Assembly (NCBI GenBank): GCA_034780895.1
Contig: JAUZTB010000098.1
Span: forward strand, 38,835,796 to 38,899,795
From: Rhynchobatus australiae
Taxonomy: Eukaryota
DNA: 64,000 bases
Direction: 5' to 3'
The stretch's first letter is position 1. Each line of letters opens with the position of its first letter. A program made the position numbers and the translations under genes. The notes beneath the pieces were generated by a model. It was not told the DNA's origin and did no database searches. It was given only the letters and a program-made list of their open reading frames with translations. Shown piece after piece: positions 27,501 to 38,750 of the stretch.

Positions 27501-27720
27501 GAGGACTGTGAGTCCATGCATCCTCAATACCAGAAGACCAGTGTAACTGAAGGTAAATGCACACTCCCTCACAAACTACACCTGTCCCATCAGGAACATT
27601 CTACCTTATCTGTGGAAGAGTCTGCAGTTCTCACATTGGCCCCATCAATCACCTCAGAACTCACAAAATTGGAGTGGAAGCAAATCATCCTTATCCTAGG
27701 AACTGCTTAAGAGGAAGATA
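24540..27720 (+). mobile_element. RTE-clade LINE remnants (at least two pieces), with a gap and a SINE insertion
   Basis: DWFDDNDQEIKELI (25185), DAISITIFKKRDR, ELLPKSQCGFYPSRGTVEMI, ISVKT*IKGGCCIA (GVKQGCV.AP), ENMDHLLYLG, and the RTE terminal CGRVCSSHIG..NHLRTH with a gaggaag tail at ~27710. Confidence 0.85.
26235..26544 (+). mobile_element. tRNA-derived V-SINE with Rex/Babar-like tail
   Basis: ggcacggtagtgtagtggttaac (A-box), ggttcaattcc (B-box), V-domain, tail gcatttcactgtgtgttttgaagtatatgtgactaaaaaagat + (tcttg)n. Confidence 0.9.
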
Positions 27721-29429
27721 TTGTTTAGTTTAATCATTTTTTTGAAAAAAAAAATTTCAGTCAATATTGTTAAAATTGATTACTGTGTCTGAAGGCTTCA
27801 GGGAAACAAATTAAAGAAAGACTTTGTTGCTAAACAGTAAGAAACCTTATAATATTCAGGGACATTTTTGTGCAACTGTTATAAATCTCTAGGATGCCAT
27901 TGCTTCTGTCCATTTATTGTTCAATAAATCTGTTTGCCAGTTTATAGCATTGGCCCTAAACTAGTGCATTGTTTGTTGTGCCAGCTTCCAAAGTGAGGAA
28001 TTTCACACAAGTGCAATTCCACACGAGCACTTGAATCACCTAGGCATTGAAGGCTATGGGTCAAATGCTGGAAATGGAATTAATGTGGATGTGTGCCTGC
28101 TGGTTGGTGTGGAATTGGTGAGCAAAATGGCCTGCTTCCATGCTCTACGACTCCATGACTTTGTGTAAGAGCCAAAGTACCTTATTCGTGATTTTCTTAT
28201 GATTGGTCGAGCAGACCACAAATTGCCCAGAAACTGCAGAAAAATCACATTTCAGACAGTAAAAACCCTTGATAGAGTGAAATCATGCTGTAATTTTCAG
28301 TTTTTATTCTCCTTGCATCTTAGATTACCAACAAAAGGTTTTACTGTCTGCTTACGTTGCTTCTTACATTGTGTTCTTCCGCAAGTTTTGATGCACTTCT
28401 TCCAAGTGGAATGACGGGTGAGTTTTGGGCTGCTGCCCTGCACCATGATAGAATCATTGTAGAGTTTCCTCAGATTTCTTTTGTTACACAACTTTAAAGG
28501 TGNNNNNNNNNNNNNNNNNNNNNNNNNNNNNNNNNNNNNNNNNNNNNNNNNNNNNNNATAGTAGTGTGAACTCCTCTTCCCAACATGAAACATACATTTT
28601 ATTCAGAACCTAGCCAGGCATATGGACATTTGAAATTAATGGGTGGAAAATGACCAGTTTTTGATAACGTACCCTACTGACTAGGCCATCATAACCAGGC
28701 GCATTTTTCCTCTACAATCTCCCAAGTGAAGAAAATGGGCCAATAAGGGAAAAAATAATAATTTGGAAAATTCTTCTCTGAATCTCTCAGCCAATTAAAA
28801 GCATTTCGAGAGATTACATGGATCAAATGGTTTCTCTAAAGGCACTTGCCTTCGATATAATGCAATCCCTGCTTCAGCTGAAAACTGGCCCAGTTCCCTC
28901 CTGTAGGCATTTACATAATCATTATCCACCACACCAGCTGGCAAGGTATTCCAGAGGCTCACAACTCTTTAGCAAAGGTAGAGCTGCCCACCTATCATTC
29001 CTTTCCTATTCAATTAGTTTAAACTATGTCCTCGAAATTTCCGCATTCCATATCAATAAGCATACCATCCAATCTTCTAATTATTCAGNNNNNNNNNNNN
29101 NNNNNNNNNNNNNNNNNNNNNNNNNNNNNNNNNNNNNNNNNNNNNNNNNNNNNNNNNNNNNNNNNNNNNNNNNNNNNNNNNNNNNNNNATCTTCTAATTA
29201 TTCAGACTACCACTGAATATACAATGATCTAAAATAAATAGAACAAAGTCCCTAAGCATAATTAATTAACTAAGTAACTCTAGCATTCCTGTAGCTCTTC
29301 CCTAAATTACTCACAAAAAAAGGACTAAAACTGTACTGAGTATTCCAGGAGATATCTGCAGTAGCTAGCACAGTGGTAAAACTGTGCTTTTTATTTATAT
29401 TTTGCAGATCTATCATTACAGTAAAATCT

Positions 29430-29750
29430 CAAGAATGCCTCAAGAAGGTGGCATCCATTATTAAGGACCCTCACCACCCAGGACATGTCCCTTTCACTTT
29501 ACTACCATTGGGGAGCAGGTACAGGAGCCTGATACCCACACTCAATGATTTAGAAACAGCTTCTTTCCCTCCACCACCAGATTTCTGAATGATCCATGAA
29601 GCCTTGAACACTACCTTGTCAGTCTTCTTTTGCATTATTTATTTATTTTTGTGACTTATAGTAATATTTATGTCTTTATATCTTGTACTGTACTGCTGCC
29701 ACAAAACAACAAATTTCATGACATATGTCAGTGATAATAAACCTGATTCT
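29430..29750 (+). mobile_element. Rex/Babar LINE 3' fragment
   Basis: CLKKVASIIKDPHHPGHVPFTLLPLGSRYRSL is the typical Rex/Babar terminal motif. Confidence 0.88.
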
Positions 29751-31589
29751 GAAACTTCTTAAGTGAGCCACAGCTTCTCTGCTTTGGTTGTGTCCTTCAG
29801 TAATCCGTACTCAATCACGTAAGTACTTTCTCTCACATGTCCCTGCTCACTATGTCATTGTGAACTGAAGTACCATGAGCCAACAAGAATATTGAAGAAA
29901 AAGAATTGGTAACATAATGTTAAAAGGAATATAAAATTAAAAAGAGATCCCTGAAACAAGCAAGTATTGTACTGTGTATCATGCATATAGACATGCTGGA
30001 GATGGATAAAAAAGTTTTCCTCTTATAGGGATTTCCATTTCCATTTCCTTTTGCAAAGGCTTGTTTGGACCAAACAAGGATCCTGGGGTGGTTATTTGAA
30101 AAGGACAGGCTGTGAATTTGGGCAAAGGTCCACATGTACAGGGAAATGAACTCATGGAAGTGCTGGTGGGATGATGAACATGTATGGCTCCAAGTCTGAT
30201 TTCTTTCCCTACCCTCAGCTTCTTGTGACGTGGCATGTAAGTTACTTCCCTGATGTTTGCAATNNNNNNNNNNNNNNNNNNNNNNNNNNNNNNNNNNNNN
30301 NNNNNNNNNNNNNNNNNNNNNNNNNNNNNNNNNNNNNNNNNNNNNNNNNNNNNNNNNNNNNNNAGTTACTTCCCTGATGTTTGCAATGTTGGAAGGAAAG
30401 ATCCACTCTGGTGAATTCAGTGATTTTCTTGTGAACTTGGGATTAAGGAACATTGAGGTGCATGACATTGGATAAAAGAAGAGAAAGTTTTCTTTTTCAC
30501 TTTTGAGGTTCATTATATTGGTCTAGGATTATTTGATATTTATACAGACAACTATTTTGCTTGTTTCCCACATTAGCATTTTTTTTCTTTAATGAACAGA
30601 AGCATTCAGCAACATGCAGAGATCAAATAAAAAATGAAAAACAGCTATGGAATTAAAAATGTTTTCTGATAAAGTGACTTCCTCCATTAATAACATGCAT
30701 TATGAATATTCTTTCATCAGATCTAAATCATTAACTCTGTTTTTCTCTCCAAATATACTACCTGTTCTGCTGAATATTTTCAGTATTTTCTATTTTTATT
30801 TCAGATTTCCTGTATCTATAGTATTTTGCTTTTACGCCATAAATATATTTTGAAAGGAAATCCACTGAATAAGTAAAATCTTATTGTTTAGGGCAGTGTG
30901 CAACAACTGTTTTCACTAGCGTAAAAGATAGTGATAACTCTCTAAGTTTCTTATAATGTAGGTGTATTTTGCACTTACGCAAGATTACTAGTGTACTTAT
31001 CAAATTACTCATGTTATGTTCCTTCCTGTTTTATTTGTCCATTCAGGAAAACTAAAGCCTCTTTGATTAACTTTTACATGCCTTGATGTCCCTACTAAAT
31101 CAAACTGAGTCCAGTAATCCATACTTCATCATGCTCTTTAATTCAGAACTGAGAATCTTGGTCTACTTTCCTCCATCTTGCTTAGGTAGTCAGTTTTTAC
31201 ACATGACTGCTGGTAATGAAAACCAGCAAGAAAATGGATACATTTCAGAAAAATCTATATGAGTACATAAAAGGAAAATGAGTACACTAGGTTTCACATA
31301 GCACTCAGGCTGTGTCCCTGGACACAAAAGTGTTAAGTGAATCAGCTCTGAAAGTGGTCAGTATACCATTATAAATGGAGATGTATTACTGACAGCATTA
31401 TTTTTCTACCCGTGAACAATAAATGAAGGATTTGGTGAGGTTAAACATATGGTATTACAGTATTATTTATTAAATAGTGAATATACAATGAGACTTAGTA
31501 CAAAATACAATGTAAATTAACTTGTGAACACATCAGAGCAGCAGTAGGAATAGGAAATGAAGTGGAAAAAGCTGCAGGTGGAGGTGGGG

Positions 31590-32010
31590 AGGATGGGAAT
31601 CTGGTGGTGGTACATGAACATGGTGTTATTCCAATTCTTGCAGTTCTTCGTAGTTAGGCTGTTCCCATAGCTCCACCACGCCAACAGCTTCATCCATTCC
31701 TGCAAGCTGAATGACGTCACTGGTGATCGCCAGCTCCCCCTCCGCAAATCATGCAACATTGTCACATACCCTCAGGCATATCTTCTGCCAAGCCCCCTTC
31801 ATGCAAATGCTGCTGACTTGTATTCAGGATGCACTGTTATCAATGGTTTTCATGAAGTTGCACAACTTCCAGAATTCCCTTTTCAACTGTTTATCTCAAC
31901 CATCCATCTCTGTTTGAAGGTGCATTAGAGGTAATATGCATTAAAACCAGATAAGGGATATCGTTTTTGAGGAAAGGTACATCATCTTTGCGTGACTTGG
32001 TTCTGGAGTG
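31590..32010 (-). mobile_element. Tigger/pogo (TcMar) transposase relic
   Basis: Minus-strand frames give KMMYLSSKTISLI..FNAYYL*CTF (cf. VVYLPPNTTSLIQPMDQG..FKAYYLR.TF), then KREFWKLCNFMKTIDN...CMKGAWQKI...EELQELE (cf. Tigger REFWK..NI..AI.NI...CM.GVW.KL...EDL.ELE). Confidence 0.72.
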
Positions 32011-34724
32011 GAGGCCATATAGATTGAACAGTTTCTTTAGGCCCAGGTTCAGCCCTCTGACATGGCATAACCNNNNNNNNNNNNNNNNNNNNNNNNNNNN
32101 NNNNNNNNNNNNNNNNNNNNAAATCAGGTAATGAACAGGATAATTTCTGACCTAGTTTTGCTGATTTCTACAACAGTATCCCTCAGACTTCTTAAGATAA
32201 CCAATAATCAGATAAACCATATTAGTATGAAAAAATGAATTTGGCAAAAGATGAATGTAATTGATGAACCAATCTTCTTAATAACATGAGCTACCTCTTA
32301 CCCTTATAACTCTCTTCAACTTAGACTTTGTTTCTCTGCTTGGTTCAGTGGATCAGCTGTACAGAATTATTATGACATAACATACCTAATTGAAAGATGA
32401 AGTACATTAATTAAGGTGAGTAGTGAATATGTTTGTAAGATTTGGCACTCTGGTAAGCTCTGTCCCGAGCTCAGCTTATCCTACACATTTGACTACTCTA
32501 GTGCTGTCCTTGCCCATTATTAATGTTCTATTCTGAAACTCCAGTTTACATAAAAATCTGCCGTATCTGTCCAGATCTGCACTTATGTTTTGATAAAAGG
32601 TTCATAAAGCTGTTTTGATGAAGCACTATTAATTTGAGTTGTTACTCTTTCCACAGATGCGACCTGGCCTGCTGAGTATTTCCATCATTTTCAGCAGTTA
32701 CTTCAGATTTCCACTCGCCCAGTAATTTTGCTCCTGGACGAAACCCCAAGAGCCCCTCGCTTTTGCTTTCATTGATCTTTAGTGGTTTCCTTTGTCTATG
32801 TATCAAATTCAAAGCCTTTGTCTAAATCTTTATGATTGCCCCCCACCCCCCATCTCAGCAACGTCTAATAAATCCTCATTTACTATCCCACCTTGTGCGT
32901 CTCACTAATTTATCCCCATTGCTGCTGACAAATTTCGGTAACTGTGATCTTAATCTGATTTTTCTTCTATAAACCTCCCTGTCTCCTCTCTTCCTTTAAA
33001 ACCTCAGATAAAATGGATGGGCAACCCAATGAGATTAGTTTTGAATTACTGTAACCAATGGAATAGATCTGCCGTTTAATTACTACTTTTCTATCTGTCC
33101 ATTAATTTTCAGTGGTTTATGTAAACAGCACTTTGGGACATTTGTGATTATTGATGACATTTTATAATACAAGTTGTTGCCCTGTTAACCTTAAGATTGC
33201 TGACCCATTACTGCTCCTTCAGCAGTGCCACGCTCTTTTTGAAATATAATACTTCAATCATGTGATTTCACAATTTTTTTTCATCGTGATACATGTTCAA
33301 CCTTCAAGACACCTGGTTCCTAATTAATTCCCTTTGATGGTCCGGTTCACGTCCCGTTCAGGCAGCGTTAAAAATGTGCATATTTTAAAAATCTGGCTAC
33401 AGGTCCGTGTATTTGGCTACTTGTGAAATCGAAGACCAAGTTCCATCTACCTCGACATCGGGGAAAGGCAAATAAATGCCCCGCCGTCTGACTGGAGAGA
33501 GAAGGGATCCACGCGACGCGGCTCATCAATCTCCTGCTCAACTCGCATAAAGGAGGGGAAACTTAGAGTGGAAAAGAGAGGGTGGCAACAACACGCGGAG
33601 ACATTTTGTGCTTGAGTATCATCGCTTTAGTTCGGGACGCGAATACACGAATCGGAAACCACTCTAGTGTAGCCTGTAGCATGACCCAAATCAACAAAAC
33701 TAGAATCTCTCGTACCCCCGACCTGCAGCCGGTATCCTTATCCCTTTGTCTCGCTCATTTCAAGGGAAATCGCTGAATTTATGGAAAGTGTTTCGCGCTG
33801 TTTGTCTGAACAGTTATTTCCCGTTGATTGCCTGACAGGGCGTGAACCAGACTATGTTGAATATTTGCGAATATTTAAATCTAGGGAGCGGTCCCCACAT
33901 TTGGCTACTCCTGTACAGTTATCTCTGCGGAATGATTTTAGAATGTCTCAGTATTGGAAAAATCTCGTAAATCCGTAATACCATTTTACAATATTTTATT
34001 GCAAATTTCGATGAGTAGATTGACAAATGCCTGATAGCGAAATTCTCAACCCAAGCTGCCAGCTACATATTCTTCAGTTCTCACTTTATTCAACACCGCC
34101 TTCCAACGCCGAGCCAACTGAACTGGAGAACTGTTATGTGTCTGAAAATCAAATTCCATTACGAAGATTATCCCGTGATCCGCAGAATAAATGTGGGCGA
34201 GGAAGGGATGGTGTTGGAAGGGTAAAAGAATTGCGCACAGTGCTTTCCCAGTCAAGTTTCTATGTGGGAGATTTTATATCAATATTTTGAAAAGCAAGCT
34301 GACTCCGTAATTCAATACGATGCCCAATACGCACAAAGTGATTTGGTTCTCAGTTACTGACTACTAATCGTGTCGTTTCAGACCGGCGTACAGATCATTC
34401 GCCGAATCTCTGCACGCCTGACTGAAATGTGAAGGTAAAATAGAGTTCAGAGCGGCTCTAATCTCTCACTCTTGTTTACTATTTATTCAGATGTATTCTT
34501 GCAATACTTATTAAGACTTAGAAGGAGGCCATTCAGCCCAATGCCAGATGCCTGCTTCCAGCAGAGCAATCCCATCGGTCCCATTCTCCTCGCTCATTTA
34601 CTGNNNNNNNNNNNNCACACGAGAGAATCAACTCTTCTTGCCACCATTGTACTCGAGGGGTAATTTACAGAAACCAGATCCGGGATGTGAGAGGCAACCA
34701 AAGGAAAGGATCACAGGATAAACT

Positions 34725-34725
<1 letters not shown>

Positions 34726-34767
<42 letters not shown>
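34726..34767. repeat. (CA)21 microsatellite upstream of the CpG island
   Basis: Perfect CA dinucleotide run read directly from the sequence. Confidence 0.98.
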
Positions 34768-34772
<5 letters not shown>

Positions 34773-34992
34773 CTGGAACTACTGTGTCGCCCGTGCAGAA
34801 TTTAAGTTCTAAAGCAGCAATGGTCGGATTTGAGCTTGTGTCCCCAGAGTTAGTCCAGGTCTCTGGCTTACAAGTCCGGTGACTTGATCACAGCACCACC
34901 AGCGTACCCCTATTGTCTTGTTGTTCACCCACCTCTTAACACTTTAAACAATAATGTTTCCTTTGTGGGAAGAAGTGTTGCTGATCTACCTC

Positions 34993-35027
34993 TGTGTGTC
35001 TGTGTGTGTGTGTGTGTGTGTGCGCGC
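34993..35027. repeat. (TG)n microsatellite running into CGCGC
   Basis: tgtgtgtc(tg)11cgcgc read directly from the sequence. Confidence 0.97.
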
Positions 35028-35910
35028 CTCGGCAACACAGAAAAGTCGGGAGGATGAGGTGATGAGGGTGGTTTGGAGTTCTTCCTTGACACTGGACGCG
35101 AAGTGTGAAGTTAAGCCGAGCCGCTGGGGATGGGGATGGGTTGCTTGGTGTTTCGGGGGCTGTCNNNNNNNNNNNNNNNNNNNNNNNNNNNNCCCCACCC
35201 CGGTGGTCATGTGATGCGCCCGCCCGCCCGCCCGCCCCGTCGTCTCCTTTGTTGTTTCGGTGGCTCAGTCCCCGAATTCGCCCCTGTGAGGAGGGGAGGA
35301 CAGCGGAGAGGGGCGGCCGAGGAGGCGGACACTGGCAGGGAGCGGGAAGGAGAGGGACTGAACCATTCATCGCCAGCGTCCACTTCAACCGGGGGAGGGG
35401 AGGGGAGGGGGGGAAAGAGGGTCCGAGGAGCTGTTTGGAAGAATTAGGATTGAAGAAGCAGCGCCGTGTCCTGAGCACGCAGGGGGAGCGAAGAGGCAGC
35501 GGGAGGGGATGGATGGTGCGGGGACGAGCGCTTCTTCCCGTTGGCTGAGGAGGAGCCGCCGCCGCCGCCTGTTCCGCGTTACCGTCTCCCACCCCCGACC
35601 GTTCGCCGCGGGCTTGTTCGCCTTCAGCCGGCGGCTCTCCTCCGCTCCGGCCATGGTGGTGTCAGAGTTGTTCGCCCCTTCCCAGCGCGCCTCAGCCGGA
35701 CCCTCGGTGTGTTGTTGCCTCTGGTTATTCGCCGTGCTGCTGCTCGGCAGCCTGCCCGCCGGGCTGCCCGCCAGCCCGCTCTCCAGCGCCGAGTGTCAGA
35801 GCGGCAGAGGCAGAGGAGCCAACTGCTCAGGTGGGTGAGACACAAAGAAACCGAAACATTTTGCTTTCCCCCCCCCCCTCCTCGTTGCTTAAAACGGCTC
35901 GGCGCCGGNN
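35020..35910. promoter_or_regulatory. CpG island spanning the TMEFF1 promoter, 5' UTR and exon 1
   Basis: Abrupt rise in GC and CpG content versus the AT-rich, CpG-depleted flanks. CACCC box at 35193-35201, E/M-box GTCATGTGA at 35206-35214, tandem GC boxes (cccgccc) at ~35218-35238. Continues into the N gap at 35909. Confidence 0.9.
35653..35830 (+). CDS. TMEFF1: TMEFF1 (tomoregulin-1) first coding exon: signal peptide and N-terminus; phase-1 intron follows
   Basis: Strong Kozak ggccATGG. The peptide MVVSELFAPSQRASAGPSVCCCLWLFAVLLLGSLPAGLPASPLSSAECQSGRGRGANCS has a hydrophobic signal peptide and matches human TMEFF1 as recalled (AFCC..VLLLFAFSLPG...DCPGGKGKSINCS) better than TMEFF2 (DCQTPTGWNCS). 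Donor CAG|GTGGGT follows 35830 (178 nt, phase 1). Confidence 0.85.
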
Positions 35911-38299
35911 NNNNNNNNNNNNNNNNNNNNNNNNNNNNNNNNNNNNNNNNNNNNNNNNNNNNNNNNNNNNNNNNNNNNNNNNNNNNNNNNNNNNNNNNNN
36001 NNNNNNNNNNNNNNNNNNNNNNNNNNNNNNNNNNNNNNNNNNNNNNNNNNNNNNNNNNNNNNNNNNNNNNNNNNNNNNNNNNNNNNNNNNNNNNNNNNNN
36101 NNNNNNNNNNNNNNNNNNNNNNNNNNNNNNNNNNNNNNNNNNNNNNNNNNNNNNNNNNNNNNNNNNNNNNNNNNNNNNNNNNNNNNNNNNNNNNNNNNNN
36201 NNNNNNNNNNNNNNNNNNNNNNNNNNNNNNNNNNNNNNNNNNNNNNNNNNNNNNNNNNNNNNNNNNNNNNNNNNNNNNNNNNNNNNNNNNNNNNNNNNNN
36301 NNNNNNNNNNNNNNNNNNNNNNNNNNNNNNNNNNNNNNNNNNNNNNNNNNNNNNNNNNNNNNNNNNNNNNNNNNNNNNNNNTATAGATTTAGTGATCGCA
36401 CGCATTTATGGAAAGGGACTTTCTACTTGTCATTGTTCAACTTGAGCATCTATTTTTTTCTGTCTGCAGAGTGTGAACGAGTTCTCTGTCGGCCCATCGT
36501 GGGTTAATTTTACGCACAGACCCTTTTAAAGACCCTTTCCCCACCCCACCCCCAAGCCCCGTGGTGAGGTGATCTGTGGCGAACCAGCCGGACAGTCTTG
36601 TCTTTAGGATGAGAGGCACAATGCAATTGATAGCAAGATGGGTTCATATGCAGTCCGTTTCAACTGTCTACTGTTAAGGATCAATGAAATAGACATACAA
36701 AGATGAAATCATTGTTCAGAGTATTGTGTGCAAACGTCGTGTTGCTTTATGACTTGAGAATGTGTTCAATTTAACGTGTGTTGCTCTTTCTGTTGCTTTT
36801 GATATGCTTATATAGAACAGCATATATATGGGAAGAAACATTTTGCTATGTTAAAGTAAGTAGAGTAAAGGGCAGCCCCATGTTAAGAGGCAAAGACATA
36901 TACTAATTAATTGTGCAGCATTTAGTTTCCACGCATCATTAGTGCAAATATTTTAAGGGTCCATCATATTCCATAGAGCTAGTAAAAGCAAACCTCTAAA
37001 GCCATGCCGCGAGTGAACCTTGTTTTGAAACCGAACTTCTATCAGATGCGAATGCATTGCTCTTAGACACAAGGATTGTTGAAAAAAATAAACATCGGTA
37101 AACTCCAGTTTAATAACTTTTCGCAAACCTTTCTCGGCAATGGATGTCAGCTTTTGCCTCCAGCGTTGAACAATTTATGTCCCATCATACCACTAGGTCA
37201 TCTGAGTAGTCGCCCCCCCCCAGGTACTCTGCCACATTTAACTCGTATCTTTCATGAAGTAAAGACCCACACCGCTCTAGGAAAATAACAAATTGGAAGA
37301 ATAGAGATTAGGCGTAAATATCTGTTGCTACCAGTACTTTAACAATTGCCAGAGGCCTTTCTTTGTTCCTTTACGAATTTCAATACTCCTTATTTGCAGG
37401 CAGTCCAGGAATACATTCTTCCTGAAGCCATTTTTTTCTAAAAAGTAACAATAACCAATAAATTGACTTTTAATCAACAGTCAGTCAGTAAATTGATTTA
37501 GGTACTTACAGCAACCTTGATCTGGTGGATGCATTTCGTAATGAATTAATAATGAATATTTAGGGCTAGGTGTGTATCAGAAAGTTAGGTTAGTTCTATA
37601 TGAATTTGATATATTTTCTTATTATGAAAACCAGGTTATTATCAAGATCGAAATAGTAAAAGGACAGTAAAACAGGAAGGAGTGAATAGATGACATCAAG
37701 TCTGAGTTTCAAAAGGACCTTTTTTGTGACATGCCATTAATTTAAGAGGGAGAGGAGGCAGAAGTAGGAAGGATTTTCAAAGTTCAGAACCAAGGGCAAA
37801 TTAGCTGAAATAGTAACCAGCAATAGGTTCTGATTTCAAGAAACGAGAAGAAACCACACATAGGCGTTAACATGTTAGCAGTTCAGAGAGAAAAAGTGAG
37901 GAGAGATTAGAAGAACAGTTATTATAATTGTATTGATGAAATGCAGACTGAAATGAAAAGGCTAGGGGGAAAAGATGGTCCGCTCCTGAAACAGCAAGAT
38001 TTTCCACCTTGAAATAGTTTCTCAATGTTGTCAACCTTTTCATGTCTAGGACATAAATTTTCCAGAGATTTAGTAAGGAAACACTTTGATGGCAAATTGA
38101 AAACTACATTCTTGAACACAGTTTAGGAAAAGGATTGGTCCATGTAAAGACAGAAAAATTAAAAAGGCCATCTGTGCTAGAATGACAAATAGAATTATAA
38201 CAAGCTTTCATTTTTATTTTTTGATCTAAGAAGAAAGGTAACTTTCCAAAAAAATCACATGGCTACTCTTTCTGAGCTGGAACTCCAGTATAGAATTTA

Positions 38300-38530
38300 A
38301 TAAATATCCCTTTCTATTGAGATGCTTAACCAAAGCCCTGTGTGCTCTATCTACTGGGTGTAAAATAGTCCTACAGAAGGGTAGTTTTCTCCAATACTGT
38401 GGTCAATATTTATCCTTTATTCAGCAACACAAATAAATGATTGCCTCAATATCACATTGCTTTCAGTGTTTTGATGGGAGCTTGCTGTACAAATTGGCTA
38501 CTTTGTTTCCTACTCTATAACAGTGACCAG
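38300..38530 (+). mobile_element. Deu-domain SINE
   Basis: ggtcaatatttatcc...atcacattgc...tgggagcttgctgtacaaattggctactttgtttcctactctataacagtgac closely follows the recalled Deu-SINE consensus. Confidence 0.75.
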
Positions 38531-38750
38531 TATTAGAATTGATTGGGATTTGTTTATTATTGTCTCATGTACTGAAGTACAGTGGAAAGCATTTGTTTGC
38601 ATGCCATCCAGATAGATCATTTCATGCAATAAGTACATCGAGGTAGTAAAAAGGAAAACAGGATGCAAAATATAGTGTTACAGTTGTTACAGAGAAAGTG
38701 CAGTGCAGGTAGACAAATAAAATTCAAGGGCCACGACAAGGTAGATTGGA
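38531..38750 (-). mobile_element. Rex/Babar 3' UTR fragment
   Basis: Reverse complement of the tail seen at 5570-5790 (tttattattgtctcatgtactgaagtacagtg...gagaaagtgcagtgcaggtagac). Confidence 0.85.

Noticed and set aside
34936-35654. Long Pro/Arg/Gly-rich ORFs on both strands over the CpG island
   Set aside because: Expected from stop-codon scarcity in GC-rich DNA. No recognisable domain other than the TMEFF1 frame.
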